Below the pieces are notes generated by a model. That model did no database searches. It saw nothing but the letters and a program-made list of their open reading frames with translations, and was not told the DNA's origin. A stretch of 64,000 bases of DNA from a virus (Duplodnaviria > Heunggongvirae > Uroviricota > Caudoviricetes). Numbering within the stretch: position 1 is the first letter of the stretch; each line of letters opens with the position of its first letter. The stretch lies in IMG/VR virus record IMGVR_UViG_3300015615_000629, positions 96,001 to 160,000 of that record. The stretch is one strand, 5' to 3'. The position numbers were made by a program, and so were the translations under genes. Shown here in pieces: positions 37,265 to 47,078 of the stretch.

Positions 37265-37645
37265 TCAAGATGAAGTTGAAGTATGTTCATTTATCTTTTC
37301 CTCCCAAACTTTGTCTTCAGGAGAAACTTTGTTTGTCTCTTTCAACCAACAGCCTGAAAAACCATCGTGGCTTACCAATTTAAACCCCATTTTTGGCAAA
37401 CCATTACCTAATTGTTCGCAAGCATTTTCGATATAAATGGACAAGTTATATTTCTCAATACGCTTAATTAACTCTTTAAATAACCCTTGTCCTGTTTTTA
37501 ATGCTTCCACCGACGCTATTTGAATGCAATTAATCTTCTTTTCGCCAATGTAGATTCTACCCTTTCGGACATAGAGAGTGGAGAATCCAGGCTCATTTAA
37601 GTGGTGATTGCGAAAACCAGATTCCATGAATTCGTCGAAAGTCAT
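37265..37645 (-). CDS. GNAT-like protein (start MTFDEFME)
   Basis: IQIASVEA..TGQGLF..LI; TGTGC-TATAAT 6 nt before the ATG. Confidence 0.5.
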   Translation of the reverse strand: MTFDEFMESGFRNHHLNEPGFSTLYVRKGRIYIGEKKINCIQIASVEALKTGQGLFKELIKRIEKYNLSIYIENACEQLGNGLPKMGFKLVSHDGFSGCWLKETNKVSPEDKVWEEKINEHTSTSS

Positions 37646-37694
37646 GGACGTATTATAGCACAGATGGCCGAAAAATCCTACTTGCCACAAGTGC

Positions 37695-38096
37695 TTAGTA
37701 CAATTGAAGATGGCCAGTTACTGGATCGATTTTACTGGCTTCGTGTGGCCCGATTGCCAAACAAGTATGGGTTGGTTCGCCAAACTCGGTCAACCCGCTA
37801 TCTTTGATAAGATGCACCTCTAAACCGGCCTTTTTGGCGTTCCGATAAACCTCAAGCAAGTCCTCCTCGGTCTGAACTTGCACACAGACTTTCTTGAAAT
37901 TACCTTCACACCATGCTATTTGTTCCGGAGTAAGGTTAATTGTGTGGGACTTGCCCTTCTTTGCTAGATTTCTAGTCAGAAAGGACATAGCCGCATGACA
38001 ACTTTGGGCAATTTCTTTACCTTTCCTCATTCCAATATTATCGCCCTTGGAATTTGTAAACTTACGTCTAACGACAATTACTTGCTTGATGTCCAT
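37695..38096 (-). CDS. pth2: Peptidyl-tRNA hydrolase, Pth2 family
   Basis: KQVIVVR, GKEIAQSCHA, KKVCV, DSGLTEF, TCLAIGP, ID.VTGHL.LY. Confidence 0.92.
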   Translation of the reverse strand: MDIKQVIVVRRKFTNSKGDNIGMRKGKEIAQSCHAAMSFLTRNLAKKGKSHTINLTPEQIAWCEGNFKKVCVQVQTEEDLLEVYRNAKKAGLEVHLIKDSGLTEFGEPTHTCLAIGPHEASKIDPVTGHLQLY

Positions 38097-38428
38097 TAGG
38101 ATTCTTCAAGGCTACGCTGGCAAGCGATACATCTTGCAGCATGGGGTAGGGCTTGCAACCGAGTAACGGAAATCGGTTTTTCACAATCTTCGCAAATGCC
38201 ATAAGTTCCATTATCAATGCGTTCTAAGGCATCAATAATCTTCTTTAATTCTTCCCGTTCTACCTCATCGAGCATGGAATCAATATCATCTTGCTCTTCC
38301 AGCGAGGCAGAATCAGCATAATCTTCACCGTCTTTATTGCGGCCTCGAAGGCTATTTGATTTATTTGCAAGAACCTGTAAAAGGTCTGATTTTCGCTCAA
38401 GGAGTGATTTTTTAATTTCTTTATGCAT
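38096..38428 (-). CDS. dksA: TraR/DksA C4 zinc finger protein
   Basis: DYADSA; ALERIDNGTYGICEDC..PI...RL.ALP.A..CI.CQ. Confidence 0.9.
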   Translation of the reverse strand: MHKEIKKSLLERKSDLLQVLANKSNSLRGRNKDGEDYADSASLEEQDDIDSMLDEVEREELKKIIDALERIDNGTYGICEDCEKPISVTRLQALPHAARCIACQRSLEES

Positions 38429-40489
38429 TTTTATTTTTCTCAGGAAAAAGCCAAGATAGTAAAACTAATGAACCAGCGAAGGAAAAGCCAATTCCGGCAC
38501 CAATCCAGGGATGAGCCGGCCACATCACGGAACACATATAGGACCAACCCACTACCAGAAAAATATCCCAAAACAAAGCTTTCATTTTTTATCCTTAAAG
38601 TCAATTATATCATTTATTTTCTGGATTTCAAGTTCTTATTGTAAATTTGTAAAGGAATTTCAGGCTCTAGGACAAGGTGGCCATTATCCCAATCAAAGCC
38701 AACGCTCACATTGGTCAAATTAATGCCGTGTCGCATGCCGCCAAAGGCCCTGACTCTTAATTTGGAGTTACCTTCGGGGTCTATCTGTTTTGCTTTTTCG
38801 ATAAATTCGTTTAGTGTCATGTGTAATTTCTCCAGTTTTTACGTCGATAATAGTCGTAGAACATGGGCTAAAACAACTTAACAATATGGAAAATATGGTT
38901 TTAAGATAAATTTTCATTTGAAAACATATCCGGATGTAGTTCTAAGGCAGAAATAACTTCATTCAACGGAAGAATCTTTCTCTCAACTAACAATTCAACT
39001 ATGTTTGACATTTTCCTGCTAATGTCTTCTATCAAAGAAAGAGCTTCTGTCCCATCGTCAGAATAACCTCGATAAGCTCCCTGTAAGGTTTCATAAACAA
39101 GATGTTTAAGTTCTATTTCATTAGTCTCTAAAGACTTACAGCATAGTGGAACTTTGTAGTACGGCTCAGTCTTGAATTTGATTTTCATTTTTTCTCCAAA
39201 AGACATATACCGACATTAAAAAGAACATGATGCATATCTCGAATTGAACATATTCTTTTAATTTTTCACCGAAAACCTTAAAGCCGACTTGTAGTTGATC
39301 CGGTTGGAATATACCGACAAACAAACAAAAGGCGAAAATAAAGAGCATTAACATCGACGCCAAGGGCAACACAACTAGCAAAGTTACCGAGATATGGTGT
39401 TTTAGTAGTTCTAAAATCTTGTCTTTCATCTTGGGCCACCTTTTGGCATTGGGGGCGGAACTAAATTATATGTCACGCTCCAATAAAGTTTTGAACTCCA
39501 CACTTCCCAACGGGCGTGCTTATCATCTTCTTTCAATTTAACTACAAAGGAATAATCTGGACATTCTGCATAAGCCACAATACTTTTGTACTTTTTTTCA
39601 TATTCCGAATACTGTAATTCGTAGCACAATTTAGGGCGGGATTTAGCGAGTAACCCATCCCAATTAAGTTTAGGACTCGAAATAACAAACCATCTATCGT
39701 TTTTAAATACATATTGGTAATTTTCATCAGACGTAGCATAGGTTTCACCTTCAAAATATTTCCTATCAACCCACGTGATGGAGGTTGGGTATCGAAAATA
39801 TGCAAAGATTGCCGCCGTCGATAAAACTAAAACCATTAACAGAACTAAAAAAGATGCTTTCATCATTCAGCCCTGTTCGACAACAAGATAATAGAGCCGC
39901 CTACAGCAAAACCAAATCCTAAAATCAGCAGTATTGCAAATATAATTGTGTTATCCATAACGATGGTTGCATAGACGACAAAAAACACCGAATAACCGTA
40001 GACTGTATAACCAAATTCTCTTAATCTACGTTTTTCCTCTGTTCGGTATAAAGAATATAACCCAATAGTGGATATAAAAATACAACCTACCCCAACCAAC
40101 ACTGCGAATAGGGCCATTATAACTTCCTATTAATAACGTTTTCTAGAACTTGAGCGTGCAATTCATTCTCAACAACACGCCTTACCAGAATAATGGCATC
40201 TGATTGCCAGTTGTCTCGTTTATCAAATTCTATAAAATAAAGCCGTTTTGAATTCTCGCCAATACCAAAGCAGTATGGGCGTGAATTCACTGAAGTCGTA
40301 TGGATTGCCACCTTTTCGCGGCATTCATCCAAATAGGTAAATCTCAATACATTGCGTTGTTCAACGTATTCAGGAATATCATACGGAGAGGGCGAAATGG
40401 TAACGTTTTCGCCCTGTTTATAGGAAACGGAGACTTCAGATGCATTAACCATCGTTCGCATTCAAGCCATTCTAGCACAATGTCTTGAG

Positions 40490-41095
40490 TTAGCAATTGT
40501 GGTTTTTCCAATTCTTAGGAGAGACCTTTTTAAGAGAATTGGTAGGATTTAAATATGTCTTCAAACACGCTCCGTAATCGTTTATATCTAACTTGCTTTC
40601 CTTCTTGAAGTTATTACTACGTAGATCATTATATGAATTTATAAATTCTTGTGAATAATATCCAATCCCCTCTGTTCCGTTTGGGTTCCAAAAACGTGAA
40701 TTCCAAAAGTAATCAATTATTATTTGAACATTTTCGTTTATATCCTTGTTAATTTCCCAAGATGGGAAATCTTCTCCCAAACAGACTTCTCGTTTTGCAA
40801 TTTGATTTGGTAAGGCTAATGGATATATGATTGAGTCGCATTGATGGCCTATGTATAATATATAATCCATATAAGGATAAAGAACATTTATAATAAATAT
40901 CATATCTGGCAGATATAATAAGTCTGCCGTATTATCTGTAAGTAGTATAGTCCTTCGATGAGATGGCAGTTCTACCGTAACGTATTTTGTGCGGTTCATC
41001 ATTCCTTCGCCAACAAAACAGTTGATCTTCATTTTAATAACCTTAAATAAAGGTATGAATGACACACAATTAATTACCGCACTTGCGGCAATCAA
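40490..41095 (-). CDS. E2-like paralogue 9
   Basis: RRTILL...LYLPDMIF...LALPNQIAKREVCLG...IDYFWNSRF. Confidence 0.65.
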   Translation of the reverse strand: MIAASAVINCVSFIPLFKVIKMKINCFVGEGMMNRTKYVTVELPSHRRTILLTDNTADLLYLPDMIFIINVLYPYMDYILYIGHQCDSIIYPLALPNQIAKREVCLGEDFPSWEINKDINENVQIIIDYFWNSRFWNPNGTEGIGYYSQEFINSYNDLRSNNFKKESKLDINDYGACLKTYLNPTNSLKKVSPKNWKNHNC

Positions 41096-42026
41096 GCCGC
41101 TGACAAAACCGCATCATTCTGTCCATCTCTTAAACACGCCGTTGTTTGGAGCCGACAAGAAAGATATTTTATCACATTATGTGAGAATTACAAAATCTTT
41201 TCCTGTTTCGGTTGAATGGCCAAAACAAATTCAAATCGACTTAGGTGCTCCACTTTGTAAAGAGCATGGAGCGTCATTTTGCCTACATACAAATCCTTGG
41301 ATGAAAATGGAGGCAGCAGGAAAACGTGCCGACGATTGGGGAACAGAATTTGTTGCAGATATGACAAATTTTGATAAAAATCTTTCCACACTAAAAACAA
41401 ACATCAGTAAAACAAACATTCCAGTATCTACAATCTTGTTAGATTATGAATTGTGGACATTAAAAACAGATAAGGCTTCGGCAATGGACGCAAAAGCTTC
41501 TGTTATATTTTCCACAATAGCAAAATATTTTCCAGCCGCCGAAACTGTTATTTACGCTCGCGGCGGCGTCAATTACGACAACGCCAAAGGTTGGAGCAAT
41601 AATGAAGCTGGTTTCACCACCTTAAACGAACCTGGGGATTATTTTTCTCCAGACCTTTACTTCTTAACAGAAGTTTACTTAATGGAAGAAGTCTTCCGCC
41701 GTAATTTAAAAGCGGCATCTGAAAAGGGGTACAAAAAAGTTATTCCTTGGATTGCGCTAGGAGGAGCCGGAGTCAGAGACGGCATTAGTATCATTCAATG
41801 GACTACGCCACCGCACGACTATCCATTCGTAAATAGTTATAGAATGGGATTTGATATTAATTATAGTTGGGGTTGGCAATTCCCAGAAAGATTTGGCGAT
41901 TGGTCAAACGTACCTTGTGTTTGTTTCTGGCCGGCAGCGTTTGATCCAATGTGTCCAAATTGGGGCAAACATTTCTTGGCATATTGCCAAGGAGCCAATA
42001 GCGTTAAGATGTCAATTCCTGATTAA
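41055..42026 (+). CDS. Late protein, possible glycoside-hydrolase-like TIM barrel
   Basis: TAAATA 5 nt before the ATG (MNDTQL); ILLDYELW, FSPDLY, VIPWI. Confidence 0.55.
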   Translation: MNDTQLITALAAIKPLTKPHHSVHLLNTPLFGADKKDILSHYVRITKSFPVSVEWPKQIQIDLGAPLCKEHGASFCLHTNPWMKMEAAGKRADDWGTEFVADMTNFDKNLSTLKTNISKTNIPVSTILLDYELWTLKTDKASAMDAKASVIFSTIAKYFPAAETVIYARGGVNYDNAKGWSNNEAGFTTLNEPGDYFSPDLYFLTEVYLMEEVFRRNLKAASEKGYKKVIPWIALGGAGVRDGISIIQWTTPPHDYPFVNSYRMGFDINYSWGWQFPERFGDWSNVPCVCFWPAAFDPMCPNWGKHFLAYCQGANSVKMSIPD

Positions 42027-42792
42027 CCAAATCAGCAAAAGAGACACGAGCACGTGCTGTGTCAACAACACGATGATTGTATAAAAATTTGACGGTCCAT
42101 TCAAGAACCTCAAAACTAGGATAGACAAGACGCATTTTATTCAGAAATGCGTCTTTATTTTTATCTGTGTCTAAAAACCAGCGGTCATTTTCCCCTCTTT
42201 CGTGTGGGGAAAGATCATATTCTTTTTCGAGAATTTTTACTTCTTCCTCGAAGGAAATTTTATCGGATTCTGGCGTGTCTGAATATCTTGTATTAAATTC
42301 ATGTACTCCAAAACGGAGTTGACAATTAAGAGACACATAATCAGCGTAATTTGCTTCGAAAGTGCTTTCTCCGAACCTTTCGTGGCAAACACCAGTTTCC
42401 GCAACCTTGATGCAAAAACCCTTTTTCAGAGCAGCCAATTTAGGCGGAATTATGTCGTTTGGACATGCCTTGGCCAAATCCGCTTCCATTTCACGAATTT
42501 TTTCATTCAAGGCCCGCATGTTTCTACAACGAGACTCTTCTTGAGCGGCCTTGTGGGTTTCAATATTAACTTGTTTACCGATTCTTTCTAGTTCATTTTC
42601 TGCTACAGATATCGCATTATAAGCCCTCTCCGTAGTTAGAGAATTCGATTTAATCAAATCAGATACAAATCGCAATGCTCCATAAATTTCAGATATGCTC
42701 TTGTTCATTACAGCGATTTTGTCGGCATTTAACTCTACCGGAGCATCAACCACATTTCGAACGCTGTATTCGATTTGAGTTGGCTTTGACAT
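42004..42792 (-). CDS. Hypothetical protein
   Basis: 262-aa ORF. Confidence 0.6.
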   Translation of the reverse strand: MSKPTQIEYSVRNVVDAPVELNADKIAVMNKSISEIYGALRFVSDLIKSNSLTTERAYNAISVAENELERIGKQVNIETHKAAQEESRCRNMRALNEKIREMEADLAKACPNDIIPPKLAALKKGFCIKVAETGVCHERFGESTFEANYADYVSLNCQLRFGVHEFNTRYSDTPESDKISFEEEVKILEKEYDLSPHERGENDRWFLDTDKNKDAFLNKMRLVYPSFEVLEWTVKFLYNHRVVDTARARVSFADLVNQELTS

Positions 42793-42793
42793 T

Positions 42794-43639
42794 TTAATCG
42801 TTTCTGCGTTTCATTTCGGTAGTTTTTTTGGCAACCAAACGAGTCCAATTTGGAAGATATTCAAATTGTTCGTATTGTTCCCCTACCGTTGTCATAGGAA
42901 TTAAATGTTTTCTAATTTTGTGCATATTCAATACAACCGTCGCAGTTTCTAACAGCATTTTCGCAAAAGTATCCCTAATTTCTGCAAAGTCGGATTTGTC
43001 TGCGAGCAATCTCGCCATATTCGTAGAAATTCCAGATCGACCGCCATCAACGAATGCCGCAATCGACTCATCGTAAGAGCCATATACCGAATCATTTAAG
43101 ATATTACTACAAAATAGTTCTACTCCCTTTTTTAATCGCTCTGAACCACCTATTTTTAGTAGAGCGTCCCAAGCCCAATCGTGGCACATCCAAGGGCATA
43201 GAATAGCAGGTTTATTTTGATTTACATAGATGCCTCGAAAGCGAGCCTCTTGACGAGATACTTTGCCTTCTTCTCGATAAGGGTCTAGTTCAATGTCCCC
43301 ACGCCAACAAGCCTCCCATAAATCCTCTGTTTTTATTTTGTTCTTAGGGGTGGTCTCAAATACTTTACGAGAATATTCCACATGGTCTTCTAGAGCCGGC
43401 AAACTGCTTTTAAGCAGCAATTCTACAACAGCCCATTCTTCATCCGAAGCATCATTTCGTTCGATATCCCCGTAATCGTTATAAGTAGATTTAACTGGTA
43501 ATGTCCAGAATTGATAACTACTACCTGCATAACAGACGAAACTATATTCGCCTGTTGGCACCAACAAACCGGCACGGACGGGGTCGCCGTGGTGCAACGG
43601 TAGTCCAGTTAGACAACAATTTGAATCAAAACATCCCAT
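42794..43639 (-). CDS. Hypothetical phage protein
   Basis: MGCF...C.LTGLP...GD.V...YNDYG. Confidence 0.6.
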   Translation of the reverse strand: MGCFDSNCCLTGLPLHHGDPVRAGLLVPTGEYSFVCYAGSSYQFWTLPVKSTYNDYGDIERNDASDEEWAVVELLLKSSLPALEDHVEYSRKVFETTPKNKIKTEDLWEACWRGDIELDPYREEGKVSRQEARFRGIYVNQNKPAILCPWMCHDWAWDALLKIGGSERLKKGVELFCSNILNDSVYGSYDESIAAFVDGGRSGISTNMARLLADKSDFAEIRDTFAKMLLETATVVLNMHKIRKHLIPMTTVGEQYEQFEYLPNWTRLVAKKTTEMKRRND

Positions 43640-43642
43640 GTT

Positions 43643-44712
43643 TTATCCAATGTGGGTGTTGCGAAATCCACGAACATGCTTCAAACTTAGACGAATCAGG
43701 ATAAAGACAATCCCAATTACGGCCAAAATGTAAGTAGAAGGTTCGGGGATGAGCATTAAAGGCATTGCGGCACTTCCACTACCATAGTGGTCGGCCCAAA
43801 GGACGTAATCGAGACCATCCACGTTGCCATCGTGGTTGAAATCTCCTTTAGACCAATTTCCAGCACCGCCAGACATGCCGAATCCATCGGCCCAAGCCAC
43901 GTAATCCAAACCATCAACGACGCCGTCCAGATTGGCGTCACCCAAATGTGTATCCAAAACTTTATTCAAGAAATTATTGGCAAGCCACGGATAGCCGTTG
44001 TTGCCAGGACCGTAAAGGTGAACATAACCAGGATTTACACCATCGTCACCATACATTGTTTGCCAATTCGGCACCTGCTGGATATCGTAATTAGTGTCGA
44101 TTAAGTTAAAGCCGTACAAATCGGCTTGCTCTCGAATCCAAGGATTGTAAACGGTATCAACCAAAGTGTTAGCTTGAGCATTAATCGGATTGTTTGGATC
44201 GGCAAGGATTGGCAAAATAGTGCTTACAAAAATCTGCGGATGATTGCCATTTGGAGAAGTTGCCGTAGAAAGGTAATCGTAAACATTAGTCATTACTGAC
44301 TGGTAAGTTGTCCACATTGAGGGATTGTTTACGGATTGATAAGCATCATTGCTACCAATCATCAGGATAACCGCATCCGGATTCACCCCAGTTACACGCG
44401 GCAAATTGTAGTATGTCCAAGGCGGCCCAAAACTGTAAACCGTACCTTCGACAGCATCGAAAGCAAAATTGTGAGAAATTGGAGAAGGAACCCAATGGCC
44501 ATCGGGTGCAAACCCGCCAGAACAGACGATGTGGCACCACCGGAAGCCATCGAATAGGCATTTCCAGTAATGCCTTGGGCGTTCATCGCTAGTTGCAGTT
44601 GAATCGGCCCATAGCCAGTGCTATTGGAATCGCCAATGCCAACAATCTTGAAATTGCCAGCGAAAGCGGGCGAAACAACAAAAAGCAAAAACAGGATTGT
44701 CAACTTCTTCAT
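43643..44712 (-). CDS. Secreted SGNH/GDSL hydrolase with dockerin-like repeats and PEP-CTERM, split by a -1 frameshift
   Basis: Signal peptide, GDSNS and SGGATS in 44392-44712; MIGSND, DGVNPGYVH, two GD.N.DG.VDGLDY..W repeats and IPEPSTY+TM in 43643-44404. Confidence 0.8.
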
Positions 44713-44900
44713 TTTATCCTCGTAACCATTCTAGTAGTCGGTGCATTCTTGGCCGAAACCAATCGTGCAAATGTCTACTAGGAATTCGGGCAAAAACAAA
44801 CCCAATGAAGGCACCAAGCCTACCGGCTGTTTCTTCCCAAAAGTTCTTTCTGCCATTCATGGTACAGGTTAGGGTAATTACCACAAACGCGACACGCAAT

Positions 44901-44934
44901 AAAAAAACCGCTGGGATGTCCTCCCAGCGGTTTT
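44901..44934 (-). terminator. Intrinsic terminator after the Ubl gene
   Basis: AAAACCGCTGGGA-5 nt loop-TCCCAGCGGTTTT followed by a U tract. Confidence 0.9.
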
Positions 44935-44959
44935 CACTAACCTCTTAGCTCAGAAACCT

Positions 44960-45304
44960 TTAGGCACCCTTGGTGCCGGCCGGTTTCAAGAATTCGACCT
45001 GTTCAGTGGTCGCGTCAAGCAAGTGGTCATCAGAAACAGCAACGCCCTTGAGGTAGCATTGTGCATCTGCGGCCACGTTGAGCATACCAGCGACAGCCTT
45101 ACGAACTTCGCCGACTGTCTTGCCAGCGACGGCCATTTCGGTTTCGTTGACACCGCACATGATAGGGACCGGCTTACGCTCGGAAATCGCGGTATCGAGT
45201 TTTTCAAGAACTTCGGTAGAACTTGGGTTCTTGTTTTCCAATCCGGTTTCGCACGAACCGGAAGCTACCGTATCGGCAACTTTATTTTGCTGCTTTTGAG
45301 CCAA
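44960..45304 (-). CDS. Ubiquitin-like (beta-grasp) protein ending in GTKG-A
   Basis: GGAGG RBS + TTG; GKTVGEVR...LNV......L.G..VSDDHLL......VEF.KPAGTKGA; adjacent to E1/JAB/E2. Confidence 0.8.
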   Translation of the reverse strand: MAQKQQNKVADTVASGSCETGLENKNPSSTEVLEKLDTAISERKPVPIMCGVNETEMAVAGKTVGEVRKAVAGMLNVAADAQCYLKGVAVSDDHLLDATTEQVEFLKPAGTKGA

Positions 45305-45342
45305 GGTTAGTTCCTCCGTAGAGTTTAGTAACTGCTACTTAC

Positions 45343-45370
45343 AATTTAGCACACTTGAAGCGAATGTAAA
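45343..45370 (-). promoter_or_regulatory. Dedicated sigma70-type promoter of the Ubl gene
   Basis: TTTACA-16 nt (ending TGTGC)-TAAATT. Confidence 0.6.
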
Positions 45371-45375
45371 GTAAA

Positions 45376-46068
45376 TTATCCCGCACGCTTCATTGAACGG
45401 GATTTATTTTGCACGACATCGACGTAAACCTCTTCGTAATCAGGGTTTTTGTTCGTCGCTACCGCATAAAATGCGTTTAGCATGACGGCACAGATTGCGA
45501 AGTTTGTGACAACCAATTGTGGAGCGGACTTAACCATCTCCATGCACCCCAACAACTTCAATTCGTTAGGGTGCTTATCCGTTGGAGTATTAATCTCCGG
45601 ATGGACTTCATGCAAAGCACGAGTCAGATTTTTGCCGTTTTTTCGCTGGTGAATCATCACGTTGCCATCAAGCAACTCGTTCCCGCCAGAAATCAAAGTA
45701 ACATCGTTAAGTTGATTGCAATGGTGAGAAACCAGTTTTCTCGTGGCGTGATTGTCCACGCAAAGCAAAACCACATCACCATCCTGAATTAATGTTGAAA
45801 TATTATCAACATCAACATAAACAGGATGATAGGAGATTTCTAGATTTTCGAATTCCTCCTTCAACTCTTCGGCCAGAGCTTGGGCTTTATTGCCCCAACT
45901 GGTGAATCGCTGACGAGTTTTGTTCGAAAAATCGAAATCGTCGCCATCAATCAAGCCCAAAGTAGGGGCTGTAAATTGATGGTCGGCCGAACCCCAATTC
46001 AAAAATTGGCACAGCGGGTAGACCAAGTGTGATCCAATCCCACCCGTTCCAATCATTTTAACACGCAT
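45376..46068 (-). CDS. E1/ThiF-family activating enzyme
   Basis: IGTGGIGS, IDGD.....N..RQ, CVDNH.TR, SGGNE, putative catalytic Cys in LLGC..PQL..TN. Confidence 0.92.
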   Translation of the reverse strand: MRVKMIGTGGIGSHLVYPLCQFLNWGSADHQFTAPTLGLIDGDDFDFSNKTRQRFTSWGNKAQALAEELKEEFENLEISYHPVYVDVDNISTLIQDGDVVLLCVDNHATRKLVSHHCNQLNDVTLISGGNELLDGNVMIHQRKNGKNLTRALHEVHPEINTPTDKHPNELKLLGCMEMVKSAPQLVVTNFAICAVMLNAFYAVATNKNPDYEEVYVDVVQNKSRSMKRAG

Positions 46069-46103
46069 TTAAAAAATCCTTTTCTAATCCTTTTCAAGGA
46101 AAA

Positions 46104-47069
46104 TTACTTAAGTGGACCCCATTGACGATCATCATCGTCATCGTCCCACTTTTTACTGCGAGAATTTTTCGCTGCGACGAACGCTCGGCTAACCCGTGGC
46201 ATCCATTCGTCTTCAATTTTGTCTTCCAAATCCGCTTGTTCGTCGGCACTTGGAGCGTCATTCACTCGGAAGTATCGACTCCGATCCCGCCAAGAAGTGG
46301 TGAGCGACCGCCAACCAGAGCGAATTCCTTGAAAGAATCCCATTCCTTCATCTTCGTCGTCGGCTTCGTCTTCAACCTCTTCTTCGTAAATTTCTTCGGC
46401 AGAACCGCCCGTATTGACGACATTCATAACCTCTTCGGGCGGCACTTGTTTTCGATTGCCGTCGATTACAATCGAAGCGGCGGCTGAAAAGTCCGCCCTA
46501 TCAACATGACCAAGGGTAATATGCAAACCATCTTGGTCATGTTCGTCGTGGATATCGACGCCTGAATGGTAGGCAGAGAAATTACAATGTGAATGGATTG
46601 TACCGATTACGATAAATCCATTTCCTTGCAATTCTCCCAATTCTTCATCCATTTTATAATCAACCGAACCACCGGAGACGCTTTGGTTTGGACACCAAAG
46701 AACGTACTCTTTCGTTCGGCGATTATAAAGAATCATGACTTCCGCTTCGGCATGAAATTTATCCCAAACCATTTGAAAAAAGGTGTGGGCCTTATTTACC
46801 AAGGCAGCCGGAAGTATAGGCAACTTGTAGTTGTACTTGTCATCTGGGGATTCTGCCAAGAAATACAAATCATTGGTCGGAACCAAAGCATCCACAACTG
46901 TGGACATTTTTCGCACCTGAGTGCCGTTCTTTGACAGAACGTAATAATTGCCCTTTGTAGGCAAATCCTTGGCGGTGACGAATTTGCATTCGACACCATC
47001 TTGGAATTCTGCGTCGTCATCAACAAGCACGTAAACCGAATGGATGATGTCGGTCATTGAATTCTCCAA
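46104..47069 (-). CDS. JAB/JAMM isopeptidase (PRTRC protein A-like)
   Basis: EAEV...GTIHSHCNFSAYHSGVD = E...HxH-x7-S-x2-D; acidic C-terminal tail. Confidence 0.9.
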   Translation of the reverse strand: MENSMTDIIHSVYVLVDDDAEFQDGVECKFVTAKDLPTKGNYYVLSKNGTQVRKMSTVVDALVPTNDLYFLAESPDDKYNYKLPILPAALVNKAHTFFQMVWDKFHAEAEVMILYNRRTKEYVLWCPNQSVSGGSVDYKMDEELGELQGNGFIVIGTIHSHCNFSAYHSGVDIHDEHDQDGLHITLGHVDRADFSAAASIVIDGNRKQVPPEEVMNVVNTGGSAEEIYEEEVEDEADDEDEGMGFFQGIRSGWRSLTTSWRDRSRYFRVNDAPSADEQADLEDKIEDEWMPRVSRAFVAAKNSRSKKWDDDDDDRQWGPLK

Positions 47070-47078
47070 AAGTAACGT

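Noticed and set aside
44960-46068. ThiS/ThiF or MoaD/MoeB cofactor biosynthesis
   Set aside because: No thiamine or molybdopterin genes are present; the linked JAB and E2-like genes point to conjugation.
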